Below, in pieces: positions 17,329 through 27,158 of a stretch of 64,000 bases of DNA. Every line of letters begins with the position of its first letter. Within the stretch, counting starts at the first letter, position 1. The stretch is from an uncultured Actinomycetes bacterium (GTDB taxonomy: Bacteria; Actinomycetota; Thermoleophilia; UBA2241), in assembly GCA_963767005.1 (NCBI GenBank), contig CAVYCN010000002.1, positions 320,001 through 384,000 of the forward strand. The letters run 5' to 3'. Both the position numbers and the translations under genes were made by a program. The notes beneath the pieces are model-generated. The model did no database searches. It was not told the DNA's origin and saw only the letters and a program-made list of their open reading frames with translations.

Positions 17329-17760
17329 GTGGCGCAACCCGACCTCAAAGCAAACCTGCCCGGACGCGAGCTGCGCGGCGACGTCACCGTCGCCGACGGC
17401 GTGATCGCCAAGCTGGCCGGCCGCGCCGCGCTGCTGACCTACGGCGTGATCGACATGCGGCACTCGCTGCTCGCGCCGGTCACGCGCGTGCTCGCGCCGG
17501 TCACGCGCCTGCTCTCGCCGGTCACGCAGCTGATCGCGCCGGTCACCCGCGCGTTCTTCCCCGGTGAGCTCGGCGAGGGCGTCGACGTGTACGCCCACGA
17601 ATCGCACGCCGACATCGTGCTGCACGTCGTGATCGAGCGCGGGCTCAACCTGGCCGAGGTGACGCGCACCCTCGAGGAGCAGGTGCGCTTCGAGGTCGAG
17701 CGGGTCGCCGGCGTGCGCGTCGGCGACGTGCGGGTGCGCGTCGAGGACGTCCGCCGGTGA
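17329..17760 (+). CDS. Asp23/Gls24 family protein
   Basis: VIAKLAG..YGV..EGV..VIERGLNL..V pattern; directly upstream of the DAK2 gene. Confidence 0.85.
   Translation: MAQPDLKANLPGRELRGDVTVADGVIAKLAGRAALLTYGVIDMRHSLLAPVTRVLAPVTRLLSPVTQLIAPVTRAFFPGELGEGVDVYAHESHADIVLHVVIERGLNLAEVTRTLEEQVRFEVERVAGVRVGDVRVRVEDVRR
17467..17550 (+). repeat. 4 x 21-bp in-frame tandem repeat in asp23
   Basis: Unit approx. CTGCTCGCGCCGGTCACGCGC, giving LLAPVTR/VLAPVTR/LLSPVTQ/LIAPVTR. Confidence 0.9.
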
Positions 17761-19391
17761 GCGCCCGCGGGCACGTGCTCGAGGTGCTCGCCGGCGCCTC
17801 GGCCGCCGTCGGCCTCGAGCGCGGCTACATCAACGACCTCAACGTGTACCCGGTGCCCGACGGCGACACGGGCACTAACCTGTTCCTCACCATGCAGGCG
17901 GTGATCGACGAGGTCCACGTCGCGCCGGCCGACGACCTGCGCAGCCTCATGGCGGTGGTCGTGCGCGGCTCGCTCATGGGTGCGCGCGGCAACTCGGGCG
18001 TCATCCTGTCGCAGATCGTGCGCGGCGCCTGCGAGGCGATCGCCACCGCCAGCGCGTTCGACGCCGCTGCGGTGCGCGCCGCCCTGGGAGCCGCCTCCGA
18101 CGCCGCCTACAGGGCCGTGCGCCAGCCGGTCGAGGGCACCATGCTGTCGGTCATCCGGGCGATGGCCGAGGCGGCGGCCGCGACACCCGACACAGTCTCG
18201 TTGCCGGCCCTGCTCACCACCGTGACCACGGCCGGCGCCGAGGCGGTCGAGCGGACCACCGAGCAGCTCGATGTGCTGCGCAGGGCGGGCGTCGTCGACG
18301 CCGGCGGCTACGGCCTGCTCGTGCTCATGCGCGGCGCCGTGGCCGGCTTCTTGCGCGCCGAGACCGGCAGCGCGGCCCAGGCGACGGTCACCGCCGACGG
18401 CAGCGACCGTCGTCGCGGCCGTGCTTCGCGGCACATCACCGGCATCCCGCCCGACGCGCTCGAGGAGTCGCGCTTTCGCTACTGCACGAGCTTCCTGCTC
18501 ACCGGCGACGACCTCGACCACGACGACCTCGAGCAGTTCGTCACGACCCAGGGCGACTGTGCCCTCGTCGTCGGCGGCGAGGGCATGCTCAAGGTGCACG
18601 TGCACACCGACCATCCCGGCGCCGTGCTGAGCTACGCCTCGACGCACGGCACGATCGACGACGTCGAGGTCGCCGACATGCGCGAGCAGACGCGCGCGCG
18701 GCAGCGCCGGCTGTCGCTCGACGAGCGCGTCGCCTGCGTCGCGGTGGCCGCCGGCGAGGGCAACAAGACGCTCTTCCACGAGCTGGGCTGCGACGCCGTG
18801 ATCGACGGGGGCCAGTCGATGAACCCGAGCGCCGCCGAGCTCGTCGCGGCCGTCGAGAGCCTCGACGCCGCCGAGGTCGTGCTGTTGCCCAACAACGGCA
18901 ACGTCGTGCTCACCGCCGAGCAGGCCGCCGAGATGTGCGACCGGCCGGTGGCCGTCGTCCCGTCGACCTCGCTGCCCGCCGGCCTGGCCGCCATGGTCGC
19001 CTTCGACGCCACGGGCGACGCCGCCTCGAACGCCGCCGCCATGGACGAGGCTCTGCGTCGCGTCCACAGCGCCGAGATCACCCATGCGGTGCGCGACTCC
19101 GAGGTGGCCGGCGTGGCGGTGCGCCGGGGCGAGGTCATCGGCCTGATCGACGGCCGCCTCGCGGCGAGCGACGCCGACCTCGTCGCGGTCTTCAGCGCCG
19201 TCGTGCGCGCGCTGGGGGCGGACGGCGCCGAGCTGATCACCGTGCTCACGGCCCTGAACGGCGCCGGGCCGACGGTGGCCGACCTCCAGCGCGCCGCGGC
19301 TGACGCCTGTGCCCGGGAATGCCCCGACGTCGAGTTTCTCTTCCAGGAGGGCGGCCAGCCCCTCTATCCCGTCCTGATCGGAGCCGAATGA
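17757..19391 (+). CDS. fakA: DAK2-domain fatty acid kinase subunit A
   Basis: INDLNVYPVPDGDTGTN, GARGNSGVILSQ, KVHVHT, GGQSMNPS and GGQPLY motifs. Confidence 0.92.
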   Translation: MSARGHVLEVLAGASAAVGLERGYINDLNVYPVPDGDTGTNLFLTMQAVIDEVHVAPADDLRSLMAVVVRGSLMGARGNSGVILSQIVRGACEAIATASAFDAAAVRAALGAASDAAYRAVRQPVEGTMLSVIRAMAEAAAATPDTVSLPALLTTVTTAGAEAVERTTEQLDVLRRAGVVDAGGYGLLVLMRGAVAGFLRAETGSAAQATVTADGSDRRRGRASRHITGIPPDALEESRFRYCTSFLLTGDDLDHDDLEQFVTTQGDCALVVGGEGMLKVHVHTDHPGAVLSYASTHGTIDDVEVADMREQTRARQRRLSLDERVACVAVAAGEGNKTLFHELGCDAVIDGGQSMNPSAAELVAAVESLDAAEVVLLPNNGNVVLTAEQAAEMCDRPVAVVPSTSLPAGLAAMVAFDATGDAASNAAAMDEALRRVHSAEITHAVRDSEVAGVAVRRGEVIGLIDGRLAASDADLVAVFSAVVRALGADGAELITVLTALNGAGPTVADLQRAAADACARECPDVEFLFQEGGQPLYPVLIGAE

Positions 19392-20245
19392 CGCTCCTCA
19401 CGCTCGAGAACACCGCCATCGTCGCAGACTCGACCTGTGACCCGCCGCCCGGCTACTTCGACCGTCCGGGTCTTGTGATGGTGCCGCTCCACGTGCACTT
19501 CGGCGACGAGACCTATCGCGACGGGTACGATCTCTCGCCGCCCGAGTTCTTCGCCAAGCTGACCACGTCGTCAGTCCTGCCGACGACCTCGCAGCCGACG
19601 GTCGCCGAGTTCACGCGCGCCTACGACGAGCTCACCCGCGACTACGAGCACGTGTTCGCGTTCCACCTCTCGAGCAACATGAGCGGCACCTACCAGGCGT
19701 CGGTCACGGCCGCCGAGCCGTTCCCCCGGGTCGAGGTCTACGACACCCGCACCGTGTCCGGCACCATCACGCTGCTGATCGAGCGCTTCCGCACGCTGCT
19801 CGCGGCCGGCATCGACATCGCCGCGGCTCGCGCCTACGTCGATCATTTCGCCCGCAACAGCTGCATGGTGTTCCAGACGCCGACCCTCGAGTACCTGCGG
19901 CGCGGCGGGCGGATCGGACGCGCCCAGTCGATGATCGGCGATGTGTTCGGCATCAGGCCGCTGATCACCGTGATCGACGGAGAGCTCGGGGCGTACGCCA
20001 AGGTGCGCGGCGAGCGGCGCGCGCTCGAGACGATGACGCAGGCCCTGTGCGAGCGCTCGGCGCCCGACGACCCCGTCAAGCTGATCACCTGGAGCGCCGA
20101 CGCCGACGACAAGCTGCCGGCGCTCGAGGAAGCCCTGCTCGCGGCCCGGCCGCGCGCCGAAGTCGTGGTCCACGGCCGGGTCGGCGCCGTCGTCGGCACG
20201 CACGGTGGTCCCGGCATGTTCGCCTTCGCCATGATCGTGGAGTGA
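19388..20245 (+). CDS. fakB: DegV family fatty acid-binding protein (FakB)
   Basis: DSTCD, PTTSQP, SGTYQ, LRRGGRIG and GTHGGPG motifs; ATGA overlap with fakA. Confidence 0.9.
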   Translation: MTLLTLENTAIVADSTCDPPPGYFDRPGLVMVPLHVHFGDETYRDGYDLSPPEFFAKLTTSSVLPTTSQPTVAEFTRAYDELTRDYEHVFAFHLSSNMSGTYQASVTAAEPFPRVEVYDTRTVSGTITLLIERFRTLLAAGIDIAAARAYVDHFARNSCMVFQTPTLEYLRRGGRIGRAQSMIGDVFGIRPLITVIDGELGAYAKVRGERRALETMTQALCERSAPDDPVKLITWSADADDKLPALEEALLAARPRAEVVVHGRVGAVVGTHGGPGMFAFAMIVE

Positions 20246-22419
20246 GCGAGGGGCCGCTTCCCCTGCGCTTCGCCGGCGGCGGCCGGTACGAGCGACGGCC
20301 GCCGCTCCCGCCCCTTGCTCCCGATGCCGCCGGTCTCGACCGGCCGCTCGCCGGGCTGCCTGGTGTGCGATCGGCGCTCGCCCGGCGCCTGTCGGGTTTC
20401 GGCCTGGAGACCGTGGGCGACCTGCTCACGCACTACCCCCGTCGCTACGAGGACTTCACCGACCGCAAGCCGATCGGCGAGCTCAAGGTCGGCGAAGAGG
20501 CCACGGTCCGCGCCACGATCGAGCGCGTCGTGCTCGAGCACGGCCGCAACCGGCGGGTGACGATGGTCAAGGCCGTGCTGCGCGACACCTCGGGCATGAT
20601 GGTCGCCGTCTGGTTCAACCAGCCCTGGCTGGCCAAAGTGCTCGAGCCGGGCATGGAGCTCAGCCTGCGCGGCGGCGTGCGCGTGCGCGGCGGCGCGGCC
20701 TCGTTCGTCGTCAAGGCACACGAGATCCTGGCCGGCGAGGGCGAGACGGTGCACACCGAGGGCATCGTGCCGGTCTACCCCGCGAGCGAGAGCATCTCGG
20801 CGCGGGTCCTGCGCGACCTGGTCCACGCCACGCGCAGGGCGGCGCGCAGCCTGCCCGACCCGCTGCCCGGCGCCCTCCGCGCGGCCGAGCGCCTGCCGAC
20901 CAAGGCCGACGCCGTGCTCGCCATCCACGCGCCGCGCACGCCGGCCGAGGCGGTCGCGGCCCGCGAGCGGCTCGTGCTCGAGGAGCTGCTGCTGATGCAG
21001 CTCGGCCTGCTGTTGCACAAGGCGGCCGAGCAGCGCGCGAGCAGGGCGGTGCCGCTCGGGCGACCCGGCGAGATGGCGGCACGCTTCGTGAGGGAGCTGC
21101 CCTTCGCTCTGACCGAGCATCAGCGCCGCGCGATCACCGAGATCGACGACGACCTCGACGGCACCGTCCCCATGCGCCGCCTCCTGCAGGGCGACGTGGG
21201 GTCCGGCAAGACGGTGGTCGCCGTTCACACGCTGCTGCGCGCGGTCGAGAAGGGCCACCAGGGCGCCTTCATGGCGCCGACGGAGACGCTCGCCGAGCAG
21301 CACCTCGAGACCCTCGCCGCGCTGGTCGGTCCGCTGGCGCACTGCGAGCTGCTCACCTCTCGTCTCACGGCCGCCGAACGTCGCGCCGCCCTGGGGAGGA
21401 TCGCGTCGGGCGAGGCCGCCGTCGTGATCGGCACGCACGCGCTGATCCAGGGCGACGTGGCCTTCGCCGACCTCGCCGTCGTGGTCGTCGACGAGCAGCA
21501 CCGGTTCGGCGTCGTGCAGCGCGACGAGATGGGGCGGCGTGCGGCCGCCGGCGGCCGCACGCCCCACGCCCTCTATATGACCGCCACGCCGATCCCGCGC
21601 ACGCTGGCCCTGACCTTCTACGGCGACCTCGACGTCACGGTGATCGCCGGCGCGCCGGCCGGCCGCACGCCGGTCGCCACGAAGCTGTACTCCGAGGGCA
21701 CGCGGCCGGCCGGCTACGACTTCGTGCGCGGGCAGCTCGACCGCGGCCGCCAGGCGTACGTCGTCTGCCCGCTGATCGACGAGTCCGAAGCGTTGCAGTC
21801 GGCCGCCGCCGTGGCCGAGGCGGAGCGCCTGCGGGCGGGCGAGTTCCGCGCCTACCGGCTGGGCGTCCTGCACGGCCAGATGAAGATCGCCGAGCGCGAC
21901 GCCGCGATGGCCGCCTTCAAGGCCGGTGCCACCGACGTCCTCGTCGCCACGAGCGTGATCGAGGTGGGCATCGACGTGCCCAACGCGACCGTGATGATCG
22001 TCGAAGGCGCCGAGCGCTTCGGCCTGGCTCAGCTTCACCAGCTGCGCGGCCGCGTGGGGCGCGGCACCGAGAAGTCGTACTGCCTGCTGTTCACGAGCCC
22101 GCGCCGCGAGCGCGTGCCGGGCGACCGCTCGGACGCGCGTCTCAAGGCGCTGCGCGCGACGAGCGACGGCTTCGCCCTGGCCGACCGCGACCTCGAGATC
22201 CGCGGCGAAGGGCAGCTGTTCGGCGCGCGCCAGTCGGGCCTGCCCGACCTGAAGCTCGCCAAGCTGACGCGCGACCGCGAGGCCGTGGTGCGCGCCCGGC
22301 GGCTGGCCCGCGAGCTGCTCGCGGGCGACCCGCGGCTCGAGTCGTCGGCCACCGCGCCCCTCGGCGCCGCCGTGCGGGCCGCGTTCGGCGAGGAGCTCGC
22401 CTGGCTGCTGAAGGCGTGA
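20242..22419 (+). CDS. recG: ATP-dependent DNA helicase RecG
   Basis: QGDVGSGKT, DEQHRFG, TATPIPRT and QLHQLRGRVGRG motifs. Confidence 0.97.
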   Translation: MSEGPLPLRFAGGGRYERRPPLPPLAPDAAGLDRPLAGLPGVRSALARRLSGFGLETVGDLLTHYPRRYEDFTDRKPIGELKVGEEATVRATIERVVLEHGRNRRVTMVKAVLRDTSGMMVAVWFNQPWLAKVLEPGMELSLRGGVRVRGGAASFVVKAHEILAGEGETVHTEGIVPVYPASESISARVLRDLVHATRRAARSLPDPLPGALRAAERLPTKADAVLAIHAPRTPAEAVAARERLVLEELLLMQLGLLLHKAAEQRASRAVPLGRPGEMAARFVRELPFALTEHQRRAITEIDDDLDGTVPMRRLLQGDVGSGKTVVAVHTLLRAVEKGHQGAFMAPTETLAEQHLETLAALVGPLAHCELLTSRLTAAERRAALGRIASGEAAVVIGTHALIQGDVAFADLAVVVVDEQHRFGVVQRDEMGRRAAAGGRTPHALYMTATPIPRTLALTFYGDLDVTVIAGAPAGRTPVATKLYSEGTRPAGYDFVRGQLDRGRQAYVVCPLIDESEALQSAAAVAEAERLRAGEFRAYRLGVLHGQMKIAERDAAMAAFKAGATDVLVATSVIEVGIDVPNATVMIVEGAERFGLAQLHQLRGRVGRGTEKSYCLLFTSPRRERVPGDRSDARLKALRATSDGFALADRDLEIRGEGQLFGARQSGLPDLKLAKLTRDREAVVRARRLARELLAGDPRLESSATAPLGAAVRAAFGEELAWLLKA

Positions 22420-22444
22420 GACGAGGGGTATGGTGGGCGGTGAG

Positions 22445-25093
22445 ATGAGCGCCACCGAGCTGATCGCCACCCACTCCAACACCGACTTCGACGGCTTCGC
22501 CGGCATGGTCGCCGCGCACAAGCTGTACCCCGAGGCGCGCATGGTGCTGAGCGGCGCCGTGAACCGCAACGTGCGCGAGTTCCGCACACTGCTCGCCGAC
22601 GAGATCCCCCTGTTCGACGCCGCCTCCGTCGACCTCGCGGCGGTCCGCCGCCTGATCCTGGTCGAGACGTTCCACGCCAACCGGCTCGGCGAGCTCGGCC
22701 CGCTGATCGGGCGGCCCGACGTCGAGATCATCGTGTTTGACCATCACCGCCCCGAGGGCGCGCTGCCGGCGTTCGTCGATGCGGCCAACGTGGTGACCTC
22801 CGACGACGGCTCGCTCGTGACCCTGATGCTGCGCATCATCGCCGAGCGCGGCCTCGAGGTGACGTCGCTCGAGGCGACCGTCTTCGCGCTCGGCATCCAC
22901 GAAGACACGGGCTCGCTCACGTTCCCGACGACGACGGTGCGCGACGTCGAGGCGCTCGCCTTCTGCATGCGCCAGGGTGCGAACCAGCAGGTCATCGAGC
23001 GCTTCCTGCACAACCCGCTGAGCGCACCCCAGCGCGAATTGCTGCTGCGCGTGCTCGAGCGCGCCCGTCCGGTCGCGGCCGGCGGCCTCGACGTGCTCGT
23101 CGCCGCCCTGCGCGGCGCCGAGTACATCGAAGGCGTGAGCCTCGTCGTGCACAAGGCGATGGACGTGGCCAACTGCGACGCGCTCGTGCTGCTCGTCGAG
23201 ATGGAGCAGCGCGTCTTCGTCACGGCCCGCAGCCGTGCGGCGGCGCTCGACGTCGGCGCCGTGCTCAAGGCGGTGGGCGGCGGCGGCCACGCCGCCGCCG
23301 CCTCGGCGATCGTCAAGGACGCGCCGCTGGCCACGGTGCGGCGGCGCCTCGTCGCCGCCCTGCGGCGGGCACGCACGGCGGCGCCGACCGCGGCGACCCT
23401 GATGTCGCGGCCGGTGCACTGGGTGGCGATTGACGCGACCGTCGACGAGGCCCGCGTGACCTGTGAGCGCTACGGCTACGGGGGGCTCTCGGTGGCCGAC
23501 GGCGACCGGCTGGTCGGCGCCGTGTCGCGTCGCGATCTCGACCGCGCCGTGCGCCACCGGCTGGGACACGCCCCCGTCAAGGCGGTCATGCTGAGCACGA
23601 CGGTCACCGTGCCGGCTGCCATGCCGATCGACGAGGTGACCAACGTGCTCGCCCGCGACCCGGTCGGGCGCGTGCCCGTGGTCGCCGGCGCTCTGTCGGG
23701 GCCGGTCGCGGTCGGCGACGTGGTCGGCGTGGTCACCCGCAGCGACCTGCTGCGCGCCCTGCACGCCACCGACCGGGCCGCCGCCGGCGCGCCGGCGGCG
23801 TCGCTCTCGGCCGAGCTCGCCGCCCTCGGTCTCGACGACGTGTTCGCCGAGGTTCAGGCGGTGGCGGCCGCCTATCGCGGCGCCTACCTCGTGGGCGGCG
23901 CCGTGCGGGACCTGCTGCTCGAGCAGAGCGTGTCCGACGTCGACATCGCCGTCGAGGGCGACGGCATCGCCTTCGCCCGCGAGCTCGCGGCGCGCCTCGG
24001 CGGTCGCGTTCGCCCCCACGAGAAGTTCCAGACGGCGGTCGTCGTGGTCGAGCGTGGCGCCGGCGACGAGCACCGGTCGCTGCGGGTCGACGTGGCCTCG
24101 ACCCGTACAGAGTTCTACGACTACCCGGCCGCGCTGCCGAAGGTCGAGCACGCCACCATCCGCGGCGACCTCGCGCGCCGCGACTTCTCGATCAACGCCA
24201 TGGCCGTGTCGCTGAACCCGCGCGACTTCGGCGACCTGCTCGACTTCTTCGGCGGCCTCGACGACCTCCGCGGCAAGCGCATCCGCGTGCTGCACAACCT
24301 GAGCTTCATCGAGGACCCGACCCGCATCTACCGCGCCGTGCGCTACGAGGATCGCTACGGCTTTCGCATGGACCGCCACACGCTCTCGCTGGCACGCGCC
24401 TGCGCCGAGATGGACCTGATCGGCGACCTCTCGTCGGCGCGCCTGCGCGACGAGCTCGTCCTGCTGCTGGGCGAGCCGCGTGTCGGCTTCACGCTGCACC
24501 GGCTGAAGGAGCTCGGCCTGCAGCACGCGCTGCACCCGCGTCTCGCCCTCGACGAGACGAGCGTCGCGCTCGTCGCCGCCGTCGACGTCGCGCGCCGCCG
24601 CTGCGACCTCGCCGCCGAGGTGCCGCTCTGGCGGCCGCGCCTCGTCGTGACGCTGCGCGACCTTGAGCCCGAAGAGCTCGACCCGTGGGTCGAGCGCATG
24701 AAGTTCCGCCGTAGCGACGCCCGCGTGCTCGTGCGCTCCTGGCTCGTCGGGCGGCGCCTGGCGCGGCGCCTCGAGCGGGCCATGCCCGAATCGGAGCTGT
24801 ACGACGTGGTGCACGGCGAGCCGCTCGAGGCGCTGCTCGTGGCGATCGCCGTGAGTGGCGGCGGGGCGGCCGCCGAGCGTCTCGAGCGCTACCTGCGGCG
24901 CTCGCGCAAGGTCCGCCTGGCCGTGAACGGCCGCGACCTGCTCGCGCTCGGCTACCGCCAGTCGGCCGATCTCGGCCAGGTGCTGCGCAGCCTGCTGCAC
25001 CTCAAGCTCGATGGTGTCATCGCCGGCCGTCGCCAGGAGCTCGAGGCCGCGCGGCGTCTGCTCGAAGCCGCGCAGGGGGCGCCGGCGTCGTGA
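22445..25093 (+). CDS. cca: tRNA nucleotidyltransferase (CCA- or A-adding) fused to DHH/DHHA1 and CBS domains
   Basis: N-terminal DFD, DHH and GGGGH; CBS pair; VGGAVRD..DVD, RRDFSINA and SFIEDPTR motifs. Confidence 0.88.
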   Translation: MSATELIATHSNTDFDGFAGMVAAHKLYPEARMVLSGAVNRNVREFRTLLADEIPLFDAASVDLAAVRRLILVETFHANRLGELGPLIGRPDVEIIVFDHHRPEGALPAFVDAANVVTSDDGSLVTLMLRIIAERGLEVTSLEATVFALGIHEDTGSLTFPTTTVRDVEALAFCMRQGANQQVIERFLHNPLSAPQRELLLRVLERARPVAAGGLDVLVAALRGAEYIEGVSLVVHKAMDVANCDALVLLVEMEQRVFVTARSRAAALDVGAVLKAVGGGGHAAAASAIVKDAPLATVRRRLVAALRRARTAAPTAATLMSRPVHWVAIDATVDEARVTCERYGYGGLSVADGDRLVGAVSRRDLDRAVRHRLGHAPVKAVMLSTTVTVPAAMPIDEVTNVLARDPVGRVPVVAGALSGPVAVGDVVGVVTRSDLLRALHATDRAAAGAPAASLSAELAALGLDDVFAEVQAVAAAYRGAYLVGGAVRDLLLEQSVSDVDIAVEGDGIAFARELAARLGGRVRPHEKFQTAVVVVERGAGDEHRSLRVDVASTRTEFYDYPAALPKVEHATIRGDLARRDFSINAMAVSLNPRDFGDLLDFFGGLDDLRGKRIRVLHNLSFIEDPTRIYRAVRYEDRYGFRMDRHTLSLARACAEMDLIGDLSSARLRDELVLLLGEPRVGFTLHRLKELGLQHALHPRLALDETSVALVAAVDVARRRCDLAAEVPLWRPRLVVTLRDLEPEELDPWVERMKFRRSDARVLVRSWLVGRRLARRLERAMPESELYDVVHGEPLEALLVAIAVSGGGAAAERLERYLRRSRKVRLAVNGRDLLALGYRQSADLGQVLRSLLHLKLDGVIAGRRQELEAARRLLEAAQGAPAS

Positions 25094-25914
25094 GCGCCGG
25101 CGCCAGACAGAGCGGTCGAGCCGTTGGCGCCGTCGCCGCGCCGGTGCTGCGCCGGTGCGGCGATCTCGTGTGGTACGAGACCGGCGGCGAGGGCTGGCGC
25201 GCCGCCTTTCCGACGCGCCTCGGCGGCGCGTCAGCCGCACCCTTCGAGTCGCTCAACCTGAGCCTCTCGACTGACGACGACCCCGACTGCGTGCGAGGCA
25301 ACCGGCGTACGCTCGCGGCCGCGCTGGGCATCGACGCGGACGCGCTGGTGGTGCCCGGACAGGTGCACGGCACGACCGTGGCCGTGGTGGGGCCGGCGGA
25401 GCGGGGAAGAGGCGCGCGCGAGCCGGCCGACGTCGTCCGCGACACCGACGGCCTGCTCACGACCGCTGCGGGGCTGCCGCTCGTCGTGAGCGTCGCCGAC
25501 TGCGTGCCGGTGGTGCTCGCCGCCGGGCGCCCGGCGCGCGCCGTCGCGGCGGTGCACGCCGGTTGGCGCGGCATGGTCGCGGGCATCGTCGGACAGGCGG
25601 CGCGGGCGCTCGGCGCCTATGGCGCAGCCCGCGCCGCCGTCATCGGGCCCAGCATCGGGCCATGCTGCTTCGCCGTGTCCGCCGACGTCGGCGAGGCCTT
25701 CGAGGAGCGCTGGCCCGGCACCTGGCGCGACGGGCGCGTCGACCTGTGGGAGGCGGCTCGCCGGCAGCTCACCGAGGCCGGCGTCCCCGCCGAGGCCGTG
25801 GTCACGAGCGGGCTCTGCACCTATCACGATGCGCGCTTCTTCTCGCACCGGCGCGAGCACGGTGTGACCGGCAGGCAGGCGGCCGTCGTCTGGATCACAG
25901 GAGGGAAGACGTGA
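25090..25914 (+). CDS. pgeF: PgeF/YfiH (purine nucleoside phosphorylase / polyphenol oxidase-like) family protein
   Basis: QVHG, ADCVPV, HAGWRG, GPSIGPCC and FFSHRR motifs. Confidence 0.93.
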   Translation: MSAGARQSGRAVGAVAAPVLRRCGDLVWYETGGEGWRAAFPTRLGGASAAPFESLNLSLSTDDDPDCVRGNRRTLAAALGIDADALVVPGQVHGTTVAVVGPAERGRGAREPADVVRDTDGLLTTAAGLPLVVSVADCVPVVLAAGRPARAVAAVHAGWRGMVAGIVGQAARALGAYGAARAAVIGPSIGPCCFAVSADVGEAFEERWPGTWRDGRVDLWEAARRQLTEAGVPAEAVVTSGLCTYHDARFFSHRREHGVTGRQAAVVWITGGKT

Positions 25915-26600
25915 AGCAGTACAGCGGGAGCGCCGCGCACGTGCGGGAGCGGTTCGCCGAGGTCCGTGAGCGCGTCGACGAGGCCGCCGCCCGGGCGGGC
26001 CGGCGGCCCGGCGAGGTCGAGGTCCTCGTGGCCACCAAGTACGTGGCCACCGACGACATGGGCGTGCTCGCCGAGGCCGGCATCACGCTGGTCGGCGAGA
26101 ACCGCGCCCAGGACCTGGCCGCCAAGCACGAGCGCTTCGCCGACGCCTTCACGTTCGACTTCATCGGTCACCTGCAGAGCCGCAAGGTCAAGCTCGTGCT
26201 GCCGCTCGTGCGCCTCATCCACTCGGTCTCCACGGCGAGCGTCGTAGAGGAACTGCAGGCCCGCGCGCAGAACCCTGTTGACGTGCTGCTCGAGGTCAAC
26301 ATCGGGGGAGAGGCGTCAAAGTCGGGGGTCGGTCCGGCCGACGTCGAGCGCTTTCTCGACGAGGCGGCGCCGCACGACAGGGTGCGCTTCGCCGGCCTCA
26401 TGTGCATGCCGCCGCTCGAGGCCGACCCCGAGGGCGCGGCGCCGTATTTCGCCCGCACACGAGAGCTTGCCGCCGACCTTTCGACGCGCTGGGCCGGACG
26501 ATATACTTTCGCGCAGTTGTCGATGGGCACGAGCGCAGACTACGACGTCGCGGTACGCGAGGGTGCGACGATCGTCCGCGTCGGGAGCGTGCTCTTCTGA
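25911..26600 (+). CDS. yggS: Pyridoxal phosphate homeostasis protein YggS
   Basis: VATKY, GENRAQ, FIGHLQS and LSMGTS motifs. Confidence 0.94.
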   Translation: MKQYSGSAAHVRERFAEVRERVDEAAARAGRRPGEVEVLVATKYVATDDMGVLAEAGITLVGENRAQDLAAKHERFADAFTFDFIGHLQSRKVKLVLPLVRLIHSVSTASVVEELQARAQNPVDVLLEVNIGGEASKSGVGPADVERFLDEAAPHDRVRFAGLMCMPPLEADPEGAAPYFARTRELAADLSTRWAGRYTFAQLSMGTSADYDVAVREGATIVRVGSVLF

Positions 26601-26619
26601 CGCCCGACCAGGAGGAACG

Positions 26620-27156
26620 ATGGGTCTAGGAGATAGCTGGCACAAGGTGATGGTCTACTTCGGCATCTCCGAAGACGAGGAGTACGACGACGAAGAGACC
26701 CTCGCGCCCTCCGACGAGCTCGAGCGCTCCTACCAGGATCGGCCCAACGTCCGCAAGCTCTCCCGCAGTGCGCGCGGCCGCCAGGCCGAGTACGACGACA
26801 TCTTCGCCGACGAGCCGCCGGCGCGCCAGCAGCGGGCCGCCGCCGTCGTGCGCCCGATCGAGGCGCCGCGCCCGCAGCGCGTCGAGGTGCACCTCGTCAT
26901 CCCCAAGAACTTCAACGACGCGCAGCAGATCGCCGACAAGTTCAAGGTCGACATCCCGGTGATCGTCAACTTGCAGGGGTCGGACACCGACCTGTCCAAG
27001 CGCCTGATCGATTTCTCGAGTGGGCTCACGTACGCCCTCGACGGCGGCATGCAGCGGGTCGCCGACAAGGTGTTTCTGCTCACGCCGCGCAACGTCGAGG
27101 TCTCCGCCGAGGAGCGTGCCCGCCTCATCGAGAAGGGCTTCTTCAACCAGTTTTGA
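26620..27156 (+). CDS. sepF: Cell division protein SepF
   Basis: P..FNDAQ.IAD..KRLIDF.SG..YALDG..FLLTP; SD GGAGG. Confidence 0.94.
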   Translation: MGLGDSWHKVMVYFGISEDEEYDDEETLAPSDELERSYQDRPNVRKLSRSARGRQAEYDDIFADEPPARQQRAAAVVRPIEAPRPQRVEVHLVIPKNFNDAQQIADKFKVDIPVIVNLQGSDTDLSKRLIDFSSGLTYALDGGMQRVADKVFLLTPRNVEVSAEERARLIEKGFFNQF

Positions 27157-27158
27157 CC

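Noticed and set aside
17467-17550. 21-bp repeats as a CRISPR array
   Set aside because: No spacers, in-frame within a CDS, and no cas genes.
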